This document shows positions 38,852 through 40,890 of a stretch of 40,890 nt of DNA, in pieces. Source of the stretch: Campylobacterales bacterium (GTDB taxonomy: Bacteria; Campylobacterota; Campylobacteria; Campylobacterales; JAOZPA01); the NCBI GenBank assembly GCA_029932985.1, contig JAOZPA010000004.1, positions 1 through 40,890 on the forward strand, read 5' to 3'. Made by a program: the position numbers and the translations under genes. The notes beneath the pieces are model-generated. The model did not search any database. It was not told where the DNA came from and worked only from the letters and a program-made list of their open reading frames with translations. Within the stretch, counting starts at the first letter, position 1. Each line of letters begins with the position of its first letter.

Positions 38852-38915
38852 AAAAATTTATTTGATACCAATACAATAACTTCATATAATTTAAAAATCA
38901 CAAAGGTCTAAAGTA

Positions 38916-39944
38916 ATGAAAAATATTATTTTAATATTAATTGCATTGCTTTTAATTTCAGGATGTGGTTTCAAACAACCTAAAATAACTCAAAAAGAGA
39001 AAGAGTTTAAAAGTCCAATACAAAATAAAACATTTTTTACAGATGCTTTTGCTAAATTAGATAAATTAATGAAACTTTTTGAAGCTCCACGAATTAGAAT
39101 CCAAATAAAATCTATTGAAAATAGGACATCCTCCACAAAACTACCTTTCGATATAAGAAATTTTCTAGAAACACCTCTGATTTTATATATTTCAAGCTTT
39201 GATTTAGTGGCTTACGAACCTACTTTTAGAGAAAAAGAGATGGTTATGACAGGACAACGTTCCCAAGGAATTGAAAAATTTTTGCCAGGCTTGGTTATAA
39301 ATGGGGCAATTACCCAATATGATAAAGGGATTTACTCAACAAGAAAAGGTTTAAATACAGATGTAGAGGCGGGAAAAGGTCAAGGTTCTACTACTTTTAT
39401 GGGTGAACTTGATAATAGTGTAGCCCGTTCTCAAATCGCCATTGATTTAAAAGTCTATAAATATTATGATAGAACTTATCTTTTTGGAATTGCTACTCAA
39501 AATAAAATTGAACTACTAAAATATTCAAGAGATGGAAATTTTGGACTATTTCTAAATGGTACAGGTTTAGGCTTAAGTAAAGCTATCACTTTTGAACACA
39601 CAGAAGACCAAGCCCTTAGAATTTTATCAGAATACAGTGTACTTCAACTTCTAGGTAGGCTTTACGCTCTCCCCTACTGGAAATGTACAAAACCAAATCT
39701 ACAAATAGACAACTTCGTAGTCGAAGGAGAGTTAAAAGAATATACTAATTTTAGCATAAAAAAGAAGATAAACAAATTGGAAATTATCCTTAGTGCTTAT
39801 AAAATGACCTCTTTTAAAAAAGATGGAAATATAGATAATCAAGAACTTAAAGAGATAAAAGAAAAATTTAATGTAGAAGATAATGAAATCTTAAGCCCTG
39901 AATTCTATAAAACTCTCTTCATCAATGCACCTTTTTTTAACTAG
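38916..39944 (+). CDS. CsgG/HfaB-like outer-membrane lipoprotein
   Basis: Lipobox LISGC; VINGAITQYD and SQIAIDLKVY align by eye with CsgG-family strands; two Gly-rich amphipathic hairpins; closing helix QALRILSEYSVLQLLGRL. Confidence 0.72.
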   Translation: MKNIILILIALLLISGCGFKQPKITQKEKEFKSPIQNKTFFTDAFAKLDKLMKLFEAPRIRIQIKSIENRTSSTKLPFDIRNFLETPLILYISSFDLVAYEPTFREKEMVMTGQRSQGIEKFLPGLVINGAITQYDKGIYSTRKGLNTDVEAGKGQGSTTFMGELDNSVARSQIAIDLKVYKYYDRTYLFGIATQNKIELLKYSRDGNFGLFLNGTGLGLSKAITFEHTEDQALRILSEYSVLQLLGRLYALPYWKCTKPNLQIDNFVVEGELKEYTNFSIKKKINKLEIILSAYKMTSFKKDGNIDNQELKEIKEKFNVEDNEILSPEFYKTLFINAPFFN

Positions 39945-40215
39945 GCTTATCTTTTAATCTAAAAAATTTTAAAAGTTTGAGATAAATATATTTCCTCCTT
40001 TTTTTTTCCACTATACCATATCTCTTAATATCATCCTCTTCCTAGAATTACCAAAGCCTAAAGCTTTAATCTCTTATTTTTCAATTATTATCTTTTTTTA
40101 TAAATGTTACTAACTAAAACAATCATTAAAACAATATTAAAAACAGAAAGATTAAATATGTTTTTAACTCTTATTTAACTATAATGTTTTTAATATTTGT
40201 TAAAAGGAGATTATA

Positions 40216-40890
40216 ATGAGAAGTATAAAAAAATCAGTTTGTTCTATTTTTTTAACTACAATTTCAATTCTAATGCTTACTGGTTGTGGAGATGATAGCT
40301 CAAATAATGTAGCGGTAGAAGAGGTATCGCAAGAGGAAGTATTAATAGAGAAAAAAGAGATAGTGGGTTATATATATGATAGTGCGGTTGAAGGAATTGA
40401 ATATCGGTGTGGGAAAATTATTGGATTCACTCAAAATAATGGTAAATTTGAGTGTTCATCTCTTCCTTTGACTTTCTATATTGGTAAAATAAATTTAGGT
40501 TCAATTAATAAAATAACAGAGGATAAACTCATATTTCCACAAGATATTGTGGGGGTTCATAGAAAAAATATAAGGGATAAAGAGGTTGTCAGAATTGCTT
40601 TGCTTTTACAATCTTTGGATAAAGACACTAATCCAGAGAATGGAATTGAAATTAGCAAAGATACAAGTGAGAGATTTACTGAAAATATTATTTTAAAAGA
40701 TATTACTTTAGAAAATTTAAAAGTTAAAATAAAATTAATGAATAATCAAATTGTTTTTAAAACTGAAGATGAAGTAATCGCTCATTTGGCTATGAATGTT
40801 GGAGTAAATCCTGATGAAATAATAAAAATTCCTGTAATTAATAATGAAATAGTGATTCCAGTAGTTGAAACTAATGAAACAGTGATTCCA
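40216..40890 (+). CDS. surface lipoprotein, 3'-truncated by the window edge (not in the ORF track)
   Basis: TATAAT at 40180, AAGGAG RBS, lipobox LTGC, open to the end; GYIYDSAVEGIEYRC...LLQSLDKDTNPENGIEI domain, then 30-nt repeats. Confidence 0.85.
   Translation, partial: MRSIKKSVCSIFLTTISILMLTGCGDDSSNNVAVEEVSQEEVLIEKKEIVGYIYDSAVEGIEYRCGKIIGFTQNNGKFECSSLPLTFYIGKINLGSINKITEDKLIFPQDIVGVHRKNIRDKEVVRIALLLQSLDKDTNPENGIEISKDTSERFTENIILKDITLENLKVKIKLMNNQIVFKTEDEVIAHLAMNVGVNPDEIIKIPVINNEIVIPVVETNETVIP

Overview
AT-rich chromosomal window from a Campylobacterota (Epsilonproteobacteria) bacterium. The taxon is inferred from the atpF'-atpF-atpH-atpA-atpG-atpD-atpC-tolQ-tolR-tolA-tolB-pal-cpoB gene order and TGnTAxAAT promoters. 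Bases 1-35,200 are mostly housekeeping genes (rodA, murB, hypA, ATP synthase, Tol-Pal, miaA, fmt, lpxD, rsfS, ftsW, mobB, nadK, yggS) plus a diguanylate cyclase / sensor kinase pair. The last ~5.5 kb is an accessory surface-structure region containing the best candidate for an undescribed system: a four-gene cluster (37484-39944). It encodes two paralogous secreted N/Q/S-ladder repeat proteins (4 x 33 aa, and 3 x 34-35 aa with a C-terminal CxxxC), a small secreted accessory protein and a CsgG/HfaB-like outer-membrane lipoprotein. This looks like a functional-amyloid or beta-solenoid fibre system whose repeats match neither curlin nor FapC. Other observations: the GC-rich 9-mer GGTGAGGGG occurs 12 times on both strands (candidate uptake or HIP-like sequence); REP/REPIN-like palindromes lie in the atp operon; TolA has a six-cysteine insert; CpoB lacks its TPR domain; fliN/fliO look eroded; and an ~18 kb inversion probably separated fmt from atpF'. 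All family assignments come from motif recognition by eye; no database search was run.
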